A stretch of 64,000 nucleotides of DNA from Azolla caroliniana (Eukaryota > Plantae > Polypodiophyta): assembly GCA_043228905.1 (NCBI GenBank), contig JBHGNT010000021.1, positions 1,550,001 to 1,614,000 of the forward strand. The letters run 5' to 3'. Each line of letters opens with the position of its first letter. Positions within the stretch are counted from its first letter, which is position 1. The translations under genes and the position numbers were made by a program. Shown piece after piece: positions 12,701 through 23,524 of the stretch. The notes under the pieces are model-generated. The model made no database searches, was not told the origin of the DNA, and saw nothing but the letters and a program-made list of their open reading frames with translations.

Positions 12701-13822
12701 CTTCAGCAGCATTTTACATCCGGTCGGGGTTGTCAACCACACATCTCCTATGCCGGCAATCCGGCACGTACCTTCGTTTCCCATCCGAACACAGCCATGC
12801 TCACCGGCTGTGTAGGATGAGAAGTATCTTCTCTCCGGGGTCAGGTGGAACGATGCTCCGGAATCGACCACCCAGGTCGTCTCATCGCCGGCAATGTTTA
12901 GCTCATCTTCTTCGGTGATGAGCATGATTTCTTCCTCACTTGCCGCGAGTGCCGTCGTTCCTTTCCGGTCCTGCCCTCGCCGATCCGAACCTCTCCGGTC
13001 CGTGGCTCCCCGGTATGCACCGTTTCTCTCCGGTGACTTCTTCGAATCGGTGTTGTCGGTTCCATTGTCTTTTCGGTAATGCCGACAATTCTTTCGGAAG
13101 TGCCCCGGTTTCCCACAGTGGAAGCATGTGGGCCTTCCTCTTGACTGCGACCGGGTCCCCGACTTCTCCCGTCTTTGCGGACTCCGGTTCCATTGTCTTC
13201 CCCGATCCGATTCGGTAAGCAGCGCCTTCGGGTCGGAGGCCGGTTCTTTATCTCTCCGACGCGCTTCTTCGTTCAAAATACTTGTCTTTACCGTTTGCAA
13301 GGACAAGTTATCTTCTGTGCAGGAGGTGCTGAGAGTCACCACCAAGTTCTCCCAGCTTTCCGGCAATGTACACATCAGGATGATGGCTTGCATTGCATCC
13401 TCCAACGGGAACTTGATCGCCGCAAGCTGATTCACGAATCCCATGAACGTGCTTACGTGTTCCACCATACTCTCGCCGTCCCGGTACTTGAGATTCACTA
13501 TCTTCCTCATCAGGGAGGTCCGGTTCAACGCATTCTTCCTCTCGTAGAGGCCCGACAGCTTCTTCCACATCTCATATGCGTTGGTGTCGTTCGCCACATG
13601 TTGTAGGACGCTTACATCGACATATTGTCGGATCGTCGCTACGGCTTTCCGGTTCAGGAGCTTCCACTCCGACTCAAGTACCCCCTTCGGTATTTCCGAC
13701 CTGTCGATCGGTTCGTACAGGTCCCGAACAATCAGAAGATCCTCCATCTTGATCTTCCAGTCGGCGTAATTCTGTGCATTCAGCACCATCATCCCCGGCT
13801 GCCCGCTGCCGCCGCCTTCCAT
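9746..13822 (-). CDS. Copia Gag-Pol polyprotein (Gag, zinc knuckle, protease, integrase, RT, RNase H), uninterrupted, 1358 aa
   Basis: First ATG after the PBS is at 13822. Motifs CFHCGKPGHFRKNC, WVVDSGAS, LWHKRLCH..C..C, HTDVC/RADNGGEY/AERMNR, MDVKTAFL, LYVDD, TDSD/EAEY/YCDSQ/SDMLTK. Confidence 0.97.
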   Translation of the reverse strand: MEGGGSGQPGMMVLNAQNYADWKIKMEDLLIVRDLYEPIDRSEIPKGVLESEWKLLNRKAVATIRQYVDVSVLQHVANDTNAYEMWKKLSGLYERKNALNRTSLMRKIVNLKYRDGESMVEHVSTFMGFVNQLAAIKFPLEDAMQAIILMCTLPESWENLVVTLSTSCTEDNLSLQTVKTSILNEEARRRDKEPASDPKALLTESDRGRQWNRSPQRREKSGTRSQSRGRPTCFHCGKPGHFRKNCRHYRKDNGTDNTDSKKSPERNGAYRGATDRRGSDRRGQDRKGTTALAASEEEIMLITEEDELNIAGDETTWVVDSGASFHLTPERRYFSSYTAGEHGCVRMGNEGTCRIAGIGDVWLTTPTGCKMLLKNVRHVPEVRLNLISAGRLDDEGYTGSIQNGVMKFSKGSLIVARARKDNTLYLMNARLCPEELNVAADTAGELWHKRLCHMSEKGMKRLAEDNLIPVKHVHLERCTDCLAGKQNRTSFHSRPPTRRSAPLELVHTDVCQVETKSHGGAQYFVTFIDDHSRKLWTAPMKTKDQVLCVFKDLHARVERESGKKLKAIRADNGGEYRGQFQEYCRSKGIRLEFTVPKTPELNGLAERMNRTIMERVRSMLAHAKLPKGFWAEAMSTATYVINRSPSVPLDGDTPQRVWTGREVSYRHLKVFGCLAYVHVAKDRRGKLDPKTRPCIFLGYGDDEFGYRVWDPVDKKIFRSRDIIFMENKTLADWESEKKVKSSKSTGEDQLYEEQSRPARDRLALEDPAEDGEEREPAEEDENDTGTVPDPEMDSDEEEESEEPVTEAPERRYPLRERRAPRRFPEPEHVLLTDEGEPESFEEAKHDTQSRRWLSAMQDEMDSLHENHTYELVELPKGKRALRNKWVFKLKPGDAGNPPRYKARIVVKGFQQKKGVDFDEIFAPVVKMTSIRTVLSIAASMDLEVEQMDVKTAFLHGDLEEEIYMQQPEGFEKKGKEHLVCRLKKSLYGLKQAPWQWYRKFDSFMTDEGYLKTQSDHCVFVKKFEGGDSLILLLYVDDMLIVGRDQVKIRMLKKALHRTFSMKDLGPARQILGMHIIRDRKKKQLWLSQEKYVTKVLQRFNMSEARPVGSSLPTNCKLSSKQSPKTKAEKEDMKKVPYASAVGSLMYAMVCTRPDIGYAVGVVSRYMSNPGKEHWNAAKWILRYLKGTANVCLRFGSGKPELDGFTDSDMSADADTSRSTSGYVMTYAGGAVSWQSRLQKTVALSTTEAEYMAAVEAGKEIIWMKDFIGELGIRQKEYRLYCDSQSAIHLAKNAAYHSRTKHIQRRYHWIRERIEDKEFVLTKIHTDENGSDMLTKVLTPDKLEACRKRIGLERHPMPK

Positions 13823-13851
13823 TTTCTGCAACAGTCGCTCTGATACCAGAT

Positions 13852-14429
13852 TGATGAGAATCAACGCTTCGATTCACCTTCTTCACTCGGCCACAACCGA
13901 GTAATCGCGGATCAATGGAGCAGAAAATAGGAACCACACGAGAAACAAAAGAAACGCGAGTACACAGGGATTAACGTGGAAAACCCGGACGGGAAAAAAC
14001 CACGGGAGTACAAGACTCCAAACAACACTATACAGAGAAGTATACAATGACGAGCTCCAAGGCGACGACCTTGAGCTCGCTGTCCTCGCCACAGGCGGCG
14101 GAAATACACAGAGGCGTCTACCTCTTCTCTCTCTCGCGCTCTATCTCTCTCTCTCTCTCACGGCTGCTCTCTCTTCACTTCTCTAAAGTGGAAAAACAGA
14201 AAAAATAAGAAGCAACAGTAAAACTGTTTGCCCTAAGTCATATTTATACTTATATGACTTTGGGCTATTTACAACTGTAGCCACATGGGCCCATAGGGAA
14301 CATATTCACGGATATGTCCCTGCATCCGGATCGCTCTCCGGGTACATTCGTCATCCGGTACCGAAACCGAAACCGGGACCGTCCCATCCGGATCCGACCA
14401 TCCCATCCGAAGGGACCGTAATCCCAACA
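13852..14429 (-). repeat. 5' LTR of the copia element
   Basis: Adjacent to the PBS; contains TATAAATA on the minus strand and a (GA)n tract. Confidence 0.97.
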
Positions 14430-15379
14430 GCATGCATGTTCAAAACCCTTTTTTCTCCAACACATGTAGATACACAATTTATCATTCCATATTCACACGT
14501 TTTTAATGAAGCAAACCTCGTGTTTTCAATTAACATTGACGTTCACTTTCGGCAACAATATGCCTTATTGTCACAAAGAGGGCATCGTAACCTATCACTA
14601 ATGCCTTACCATTACATTCAAAATTTAAATATTGTGCCCATTGGTGTTTTTACTTGAATTGCCATGCTTTCACGAACCAAGCATAATATGCCAAACATTC
14701 TCCACAATTTATTTTTTTGAACGTTCTATTCAATTCTCATTCCATTAATGTAAGGATCAATGAAGAATTCACTCAAATTACGATCAAAGTGAATTTCAAT
14801 GTTGGTGCACTCAAAGAATACATATGGTGATAATTGATAACTTGGGGTTGATCATTGATTATATCTAACAATCGTTTCTTGACTAAATGATCACCCTCTT
14901 CCATTTCATTTACATGGTCCAAGAATATATAATGCAGATTGAACCAAGTGATGAAACTCTAATGCAAATTGGCCCACTTCCATTCCACGATCTCGAGTGG
15001 TTGCCTTTCTATACAAACAAAGTTGACGACAAGTTCGTTCATCTCCACCTTATGCCAACCAACCAACCACCTTAATCTAAAGGTTTCTAAGAAGATCTAA
15101 GAAAGGAAGGAGGGATGCAACTTGGGGCACGGAGCAAACCGAATCTAGTACCGGTTTATGGTTGTGAGTGTCCCATGTTGATTTGTGGAGGGAGTGGGTG
15201 AGTCCATAAATTGCGCAGCTAGAGCTGGATTCGGTACTTGCGCGCCTTGGAGGCTGCTGGGAATCGGGTACGGGGGATATAGGGCCAAAGAGACGCCTCT
15301 CAGGTGGTCAAGTCAGGTCTACGAGAGCAGAGATAGATATTATGTGTAGTTAGGCCATGAGCCGCGAAAGTATCGACTG

Positions 15380-15650
15380 GAACCCTAAATCCTAAACCCT
15401 AAAAAAACCAGCGGACGGACGGCCGGAGAATTATGTACATATACATATGTATTATAGGGGGCACCTTGACTCTCTTAAACCCTAACGCTAAGTCTAAATT
15501 CTAAAACCCTCCAGTGGACTCTTCTAAACCCTAACCCTAAGTCTTTAGGGCCGTACCGAAGGACGAATTCTGTTCTCCTCCTGTGGCCTCCTCCTTTTGT
15601 TGTTAGGGTTTGGAAATTGATCATCTTTGTTAGGGTTTGGAAATTGATCG
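15380..15650 (+). promoter_or_regulatory. Cluster of telo-box-like AAACCCTA/TAGGGTTT motifs upstream of TOM20
   Basis: Motifs near 15381, 15394, 15477, 15526, plus reverse copies near 15604 and 15631, the last two within a ~28-bp tandem duplication. Confidence 0.45.
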
Positions 15651-15700
15651 TCTCACGCAGACAACTAACGCCCCGGAGACACAGTGAGAAGCTCCTCCTC

Positions 15701-18700
15701 ATGGACCCTTATTCGCTCCTCCCCCGTCACGAGATTGAACGCTACTTCTCCATCGAAAACGCCAGGGATAAAGTCGCCGCAGAATGCTCACGCGCTCCAC
15801 TCAATGCAGAGGTATGTATGTATCTCTCTTCCTCAGTGTTGCGAAGACCATAAAACCCCAAGCTTGAAAACCGGAATCCTAATTATACCAATACATTGAT
15901 CGATATCTGACCCTATGGTTTCGGTTTAAACTCCTTAACGATTTCTTGAGTTTAGGGTTTATGGCTTCAGGTGCAGTTCTTGAGTTATTACTAATACTCT
16001 TAACCATAGCCTTAATTTTGATTGACAAATCTACTAGTTAGGGGTTTAGGGTTTTATCCCCATTTTTTTGTTTGGTACAACGAACCTGGCATTCATTTTG
16101 TTTTTTGGCTAGCCAGTTGGTTTGGTTATAGCACCATTCATCGAAAATTATATGTTCTAATGGTTTAAGCTTTAATAATATAATTTTCGTACAACCGTTT
16201 GCTCGAAAAATTATATTATTAAAGCTCAAACCATTAGATTGATCAATAAAAAAGGTTAGGGTTAGGAATTTAGCAAGAAAACAAACTGGCTGGCCAAAAA
16301 ACAAAATGAATGTCAGGGTCGTTGTACCAAACAAAAAAAGGGACTAAAACCTAAATCCCTAACCTGTAGATTTGTCAATCAAAATTAAGGCTATGGTTAG
16401 AGTATCAGTAATAGCTTAAGAACCGTTCCTGAAGCCATAAACCCTAAACTCAAGAAACTGTTAAGGTAAAAATACTGTGAAACTGAAATTGTTGTGTTTT
16501 GCTATGATGCTTGACTATGTATTTTTGCAGAATTTAACAAAGTGGGGGGCTTTGCTGTTGGAGCTAGCCCAGCTAAGGAAAGGTCAAGCAGCCCTGGACA
16601 TGGTGGAAGGTTAGCAGTCTTTATTTTTTACCTTCAAATTACTTTGTGTTTCCCATTTAAAAATGAGTAAGGTGCAGCATTTATTAACTTAATTCATTTG
16701 AACTAAAACATCGTGAGATAAATAAAGAGGCTTTGTTATCATTATCGAATGTCAGCATGACCCATGAGAGACCAAAAAGAATGAAGAAAAAGTCCCCAGG
16801 AGGACAATAAGTGCTCAAGCTGGATTGACAATAGCAATGTTTGGGCCATTTCTAGTGAAGAAGTTGTTATCTCTAGAGGATTTTGGTAGTTTTATTTAAG
16901 AATTTGAAGCACGGTTTCGAGATACTGATAGGGTGAGGATGACAACCAATAAGATTCAAAGATTGCAGCAAGGAGATCTTCTTTCCCTGGCTTAATCCAC
17001 ATATTTTTGCTTTCTTCCATGCAATATTACTTGGGATACCGAGGCATTAATGAATCAATTCCAGGCATGGTCTCTGCAATGGTGTGACGAACGTTTTACT
17101 TTTCATGAAAATCAAAATTCACTTACAGAGACTAATAGTCAAGCAGTGCAACTGATAATATATTATTTGAATGACATTTCGAATACAAACAAATGCCGCA
17201 TCTCAGTTTAAACTGCTGGAAGGTGAAACTACTTCATTATGCCATTTACTACATCATTTTTCTTCTCCAGTACTCGAATACTTATAACTCATTATGCTCC
17301 TAGAAATATTTTATTCCATTTTGGTAAATGCATCTATTACAAACGCCACTCTCATTTTTGTATTTAAAGGCTTTGAGCCTTACTAAGAAATATAGTTCTT
17401 GCTTAGTTTATATTTTTTTGCTGCTACTAGCCTCTTTTGCACCGTACTACAGCTCATAACAGTTTTCTCACAAAAACCCCACCTTCAAGGCTTGCTTAGG
17501 TACCCAATCTCACGCTTATGATTGTCTTAATTCCAATGCGAAATTATGTGGCACATTGTCAAAGACCTTTGTTTGAAAATGTCATTGGAATTAATGTGGT
17601 GCATTGTCGAAGAACTTTGTTTGAAAATAAAAAGCAGTGACGTTGAGCAAACCTTCTATGCTGACCCAAGATATATGGTCATGATTTGTCCACATATACC
17701 AATACACCAAATGCTAGTGATAAACATGATTCCAGTTCTTCAATGAGATCTAGCAAGCCTAGTAGATTTGCTCAGTCCAATAGATTCAAATAGAAGATCA
17801 CTATATGATTAACCCTAGCTAAAATTGGAGCCATTTAGTTGGACAATCTAGCATATGGAAAGTTATCCCCTAGTGCTGGTTCTTTTGGTCGAACCATCTT
17901 AGTGATTGGACTCGGAACCTATAGTGAATATCATCAATGTCCCAGAGTTTGTAGTAGATTTTCATGATTGGTATCTTCACATGATAATTATTGTAGCATT
18001 TCCTATGACAGTTATTGTAGCATCTCGGACAATAGCCAAATTGCTAACATTTACGCTTGCTAAGCAGTGATCAGGCATGAAACGTTGGGTATTATCTATA
18101 GGGAAGTTCCAGTACTACAGAAACAATATAGAGGGAAGTTCCAGTACTACAGAAACAATATAGAGGGAAATTCCAGTACTACAAAAACAATATATAGGGA
18201 ACCTCCAATACTACTAAAACAATATATAGGGAAGCTCTAGGATTACAAAACCATTTTGGCTCAACACCCATATATTAAGAAATCCAGGAACCACTCTTGT
18301 CATCTTGTAAATAAATAAAGATTCAAATTTCTTTTACTTTCCAGGTTTAATACTGGCTTTGGCTTTGGTCCTGAAACTTCGCATATTATAAGGATATACA
18401 GTTGTCAAGAATAGGGTGCTAAAATGAAGAACCTTAGGAACCATATCAACAACTTTAAAGTTGATAAACTTTTCAAAGATAAAATTCATAAGAATTCTGT
18501 CATCATGTGAAAGAAAAACGCAATTAAACCATTGAACATTCATAACAATTCAGATAATTTGGCACTCTTGTCCAAACTTTAAATAACTTTCATATTGCCT
18601 GAGAAACAAAAAAACCTGTGGTATTGGCAAGTGAAAAGTACTTGTTGCACCCAAGCCAAAGTAAAACGATCAAAGCAAAATTTACCAAAACTGGATAAAG

Positions 18701-21458
18701 CCAAGGTGATGTTCCAAGTTCTTACTCATAAACCTGCACTTCAATTTGCTGTGTTCTGCTGAGGAAATTTCTGGGAATAGATTTGATGCCGTCATAAATC
18801 ATTAAGGCTTAAGAAAGCTAGTATGCACATATTTTTGGAAACATTTCATGGAGGTAGACTAAGTGAATGTAGGTTTGGTTTATTGAATCAATGCTTGCGT
18901 TTGACTTAAGATGCAAGATAATTGGCATCTTCTTTGCAGGGCGGATTTAAGAACATTCGGTATTAGCAGGAACTGTGACATAATAAATATATCATATGCA
19001 TTAACAATAGATTGAAAATACAATGCATTTTTGTTTAGGAGATGGATATACTGCAAGTATTTTATTAAGATGGGTTACATACCTTTGATTTGTTCAAGAA
19101 GATCAAATTTACAATAGTATTGAGAAGTGATCTAGTGGAGTGAAATAGCAGCACAACATTGTATTCCGTTTATGATCAAGGAAATTTAGAACCTATCTAT
19201 ATATTTTTAAGGTTTATTACATTTAAGATGGGCCATGTTAATGGAAGAACTGGTGACGTTAAGATCAGGTTGTTGCAGAGGTATCATCTGATGTTAAGGT
19301 GAGATTAGATCATTTTAAAACTCGTTCATCAATAATGATTGTCCCATTGTGTAAGAGGATGTATCACTAGAAGATGGATTGTCACTGTCATGATTAGATT
19401 CAACTGCAAGCACCAAAACCTCAGTTCCAATGATGTGATAGAAGTGACCAATTTTTTGTGTTTATTCATTTTTATTTTGCTTCCCTTTTTAGTTGTGCAT
19501 GCATAGTCAATAAGATCAGTGCATATATTCTGTATTATTTTGCTTCCCTTTATTCATTGTTATTTTGTAGAATTACGTTTTCTCTACAATATTCATTGAT
19601 GTAATATATCTATTGATTGCAGAGGCAACATCAAAGTTTGAGGAAGCCTTAAAACTTGAGCCTAAAAGGCATTACACTAGATGGTGCTTGGGAAATGCAT
19701 ATACTTCGGAAGGGTTCCTTGAGACAGATGGCACAATAGCATATTCTCTTTTCAAACAGGCGACTCAATGCTTTCAACAAGCACTTGATCAAGTAATTTG
19801 AACTGTAGTTTTACTTATAGATTTTATGTACTTAATATGATAAAAAGGCCAGTTAGCACTATGATACTTCAGTTTAGTGGAGATGTCATAACGTTTCAAA
19901 ATTTTATTAATATTTCACAATTGGAAGATTTATATCATTAATACTCAGTAGAACAAGGGTTTTGTAGTTGGTTTCTTCTTATACCTTAAACAAAGGCATC
20001 TGTCCAATGACCTTTTTCTTACTTTGAAACTGTAACAGGATCTGGACAATATCCAATATTTAAGATCACTTGAGATGTCCTTGAAGGTATATGATTTTTT
20101 GATATACATTTATATTATCTAGAATGTTTGACCAAGTTTACTTTCTGTATGTGTATCTTTTGGCCTAAATAACTCCCTTCAGAAATGATTGCTATGTATG
20201 AATGCTCCATATTAAGTTCAGAATTGAATCAAGGTAACTTCATGAGGAGTCTCAACTGTCATTGGACTTTTACCTGATCATGGCTGTTATGTAAGCAATG
20301 TGGAGTTTTTATCAAGCCTACAAATTGTTCATTCTGGAAAAACTGAAGGCAAACATTTTTTTATTTTATTCATGATCAGAGTGATTGAAGGAAACCAAGT
20401 AGTTTTTACTGGAAAATCCGTTATTAATCTTTCAGGTTAATGTATTTGACATTAGCTATATATGAACATATAAACAAAATTTTCAATAGAGTCCGTTCTG
20501 AGAGGTTTTTTTGCATTATCGTAGAGTGAATGCTGGAGACATGTTCTGGCAAATTCCATTTCATCAGCTCATTATTGCCATATTAATAAACATAGGGATT
20601 AAGAAAGTTGTACTCAGGCTACATACAAAATGATGCAAAGAGGAAGCTAGAATTCAGTCCACCTCATTTCCGTCAAACTCCGTTTGTTGCTAGGGCTTTC
20701 AACATTGTATTTGGATTCCGCAAAAATATGGTGCAAAGTTTGACGATGTCAACACACCATCTCGTCATTATCCCTTGGATTTTTGTTTTTAAAGACACAA
20801 CCATGGCTTGAGATATTCTATATATTGGTGATTTGTGTTTATAATATGATTTTGTAGAGTCCATCGAGTCAACTATGTCTGTCTCATATTTCTGTGCTAA
20901 AAGTGAGGAATGAAGAGTAGTTATTGTCTGCTTTTTCTAGGCACCGTCTTTGTATCATGAGTTCCAGAAACAGCAAAGACAAGCAGCTTCTCAAAAGGGT
21001 GTGAATGCTGGAGCTAAACCTTTAAATGGGGGATCAGCAAAGAAGGTGATATTTGGTTTATTTTTTTGTTGCATTGAGTTCTCTGTTGTTGAACTGTGAC
21101 TAACATCTGTCAGTTTTGCCCAAAGTTTTAGTTTAGGAAGCTAGATTAGCACATCATTTTTCCCTCTATTGTTACTCACTTTGACAAGAAGTCAGCTGCA
21201 ATTGTAATCTTTCATTAGGTGGGCCGCAGGCCCTAAGGCCTTTCAGAGACGTCCCTCTAGGATTTTTTCTGCTGTCTAGAAACTATATTTGCGTTCAAAC
21301 CTCTCACTTATTTTGTTCAACTGCTTTTATCCCAGGGTAAGAGAAAGATGATTCCAAGCAGTTTCAAGTATGACCTCTTCGGATGGGTGGCGCTGGCCTT
21401 CGGGATCACACTATGTGTTCGAATGTTTAGGAATGGTTTCCCAGCACCTGTCCGATAG
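15701..21458 (+). CDS. TOM20: Plant mitochondrial import receptor TOM20, 6 exons, 211 aa
   Basis: Exons 15701-15811, 16531-16609, 19623-19792, 20039-20086, 20941-21045, 21336-21458. Motifs PLNAENLTKWGALLLELAQ, KFEEAL..P..H...WCLGNAYTS.GFL, A...FQQA, and C-terminal FKYDLFGW followed by a hydrophobic anchor. Confidence 0.93.
15933..16466. repeat. 534-bp foldback inverted repeat (MITE-like) in TOM20 intron 1
   Basis: Outer arms ~15933-16120 and ~16283-16466, inner arms ~16157-16190 and ~16202-16237, are reverse complements with scattered mismatches. Confidence 0.9.
18097..18240. repeat. 34-bp minisatellite, ~4.3 copies, TOM20 intron 2
   Basis: Unit agggaagttccagtactacagaaacaatatag, decaying to the right. 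Confidence 0.9.
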
Positions 21459-22476
21459 ATGCACAAGGAATCCAATCCAAGCAAAGCTTATGAATGAAAT
21501 TCAATCAATGTAGTGAGGGATAGGACATCATATCCATGAGAGGATGTATTGTATGACGGCATTTTGGGGTAGTATATCTGGTTTACCTTGTTCATTAAAT
21601 CCTTAATTCTGAAATTTGTACTGATAGAGAAGACATTACATGGGTGGTCTTACTCCCAGTCTACATATTGAAATATATCCACATAGATATCACATAATCC
21701 ATCTACCTCCTAGAATCTATTGATCACTGGATGTGATGTGCTCCAAATGTTCTGTGTATATTTTTTTACACGAGTTTGTATCTATGAACTAAAACTACAT
21801 CTTGGGGCATCTTTACGTGACAGCTTCTTTTTGCTCACATTGTTATATTTCTTTGTGAAGCGAACATAAACCACAGCTTTGTGGTGTTATATATGTAGCT
21901 GCACTCCAAAGGCCATCGTGGTAATATCTTAATGTTCTGATATGAATAGCCATTGATTTACTGTATGGATTTTGGGTATGTTAAAGTTGCATCTACCACT
22001 TTGCCATTGGACATCTTTATTTTTTCCCTCTATTAACTTCAATACACAAATGCATTATGTGGTGTTTCCATAGTCAATGTCATAGGCATTATCCCATCAT
22101 GTGTAAAAACCTTATGTATGTATTGTTCAGCGGTAAAAACATGTGATTGGAGTGTAAGCATTTGTTTTTTCTTCCTTTCTTGCATTTGATGAGCTAAATT
22201 GTATATATATGGTAGTCTGAGTAAGAATTTGTCAATGTAGCAACTGCCAAGGATTATTACCTTTTGCAAATTTATGAATTGTAGCTTGGAAAGAGTTGCT
22301 TCCAAAGAAGTTGGTAATAATCTGGGTTGTATGATCAAAGTCTCAATCACCTACTTGATTACATTATTTACTTCATGTGGAAAATACACACAAGTTCTGT
22401 GTGCCATCATTCATCCAGAATACTGAATGCAGGTACACATGCTGATATTTCAAATGTCCATAGCAGTTGAATCATA

Positions 22477-22565
22477 ATAATTATTATGCTGACAATAATT
22501 AAAGTCTGATTATTATGCTCACAATAATCAAAGTCTAATTATTATGCTCACAATAATAACAATCT
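22477..22565. repeat. 29-bp tandem repeat x3
   Basis: Unit attattatgctcacaataatcaaagtct. Confidence 0.85.
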
Positions 22566-23524
22566 GTGAACTTATACAACTTCCTATAAACCAAAAGTTG
22601 AAAATGATAGCTAGCTAACAAGAACTGTGTGATGCAACTAATTCATTCCCGTAACCGATTCTCCCAATTTATACAATGTTGTACAAGGTGACATCTTACT
22701 AAAATGAACAGATGAGAGAATTTGAGGCAAGCAAGGAGATGATGCACTTCGCCCATCATTCACCTTGGACAGAAATAAAAAGAAAACGCAATAAACTAAC
22801 TAGAGTCACCACCCAGATCTTAGACAAAGTGAATATAGATAAAGTTTTCATTTGTTGTACATATAATGAACCATGCCTACCAACTCCAAATTTCAAAATC
22901 TTTATTTAGACTCTTCCATCTTCATGCAGAAATGCTTTCAATGCTACTAATCAAAATTTTCCCATTATCCATTCACATTACTTAATACTCCCTTAACATA
23001 GATGGGCTTCCCTCCAAATGCATACATACTCCAGCGACTTGGCTAAAATCCGTACCAACCAAAGAACAAAGTATCTTCTCCCAGACTGTCTACAGATTGA
23101 GGATGCAGAAAAGCGCAACTGGTCGGACAAGACAAATATGCATATTTATGACGTGAAAACATTGAAATAGCGAACATGATATGGCAAATATCTAACATTG
23201 ATCAAACATAAGGTACCTACCACTGTGTTCAGTGATGGATTTAGTTCACTGAGCAGGTGAATAATTCATAATTAGAAGAAACTTTTTCATGTAGCTACAT
23301 CACCATGGAGAATATATTGCATATATTGACTACAATCCTGTCACAGATCATGAGTTTCTTCACACATGACCCTCCGCAAGTATGCCATTTATATCAACCA
23401 AGCATGTTCATTATTTGAGAGAGAGAGAGAGAGCACATAGGAGGAATTCATGCATCAACATCTGGACATTTCTTCTCCATAATTCTCTCCTTCAATGATT
23501 ACTGTGAATGAAATGATTCATTGG

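Larger units (their letters stand above)
9158..14429 (-). mobile_element. Full-length Ty1/copia LTR retrotransposon (Tnt1/Tto1-like organisation)
   Basis: 578-bp LTRs at 9158-9735 and 13852-14429, identical by eye, TG...CA. TSD GCATG (9153-9157, 14430-14434). PBS TGGTATCAGAGC (initiator-Met type) at 13848-13837. PPT AGGGGGAGTT at 9745-9736. Confidence 0.98.

Noticed and set aside
9761-13843. Many short overlapping and antisense ORFs in the copia
   Set aside because: Expected by-products of GC-rich coding DNA; no motifs.
14435-15470. Possible older element hosting the copia (with 8500-9152); similarly 27300-29400, 47000-48560 and 50000-52000
   Set aside because: These look like decayed repeats, but I found no recognisable motif or termini.
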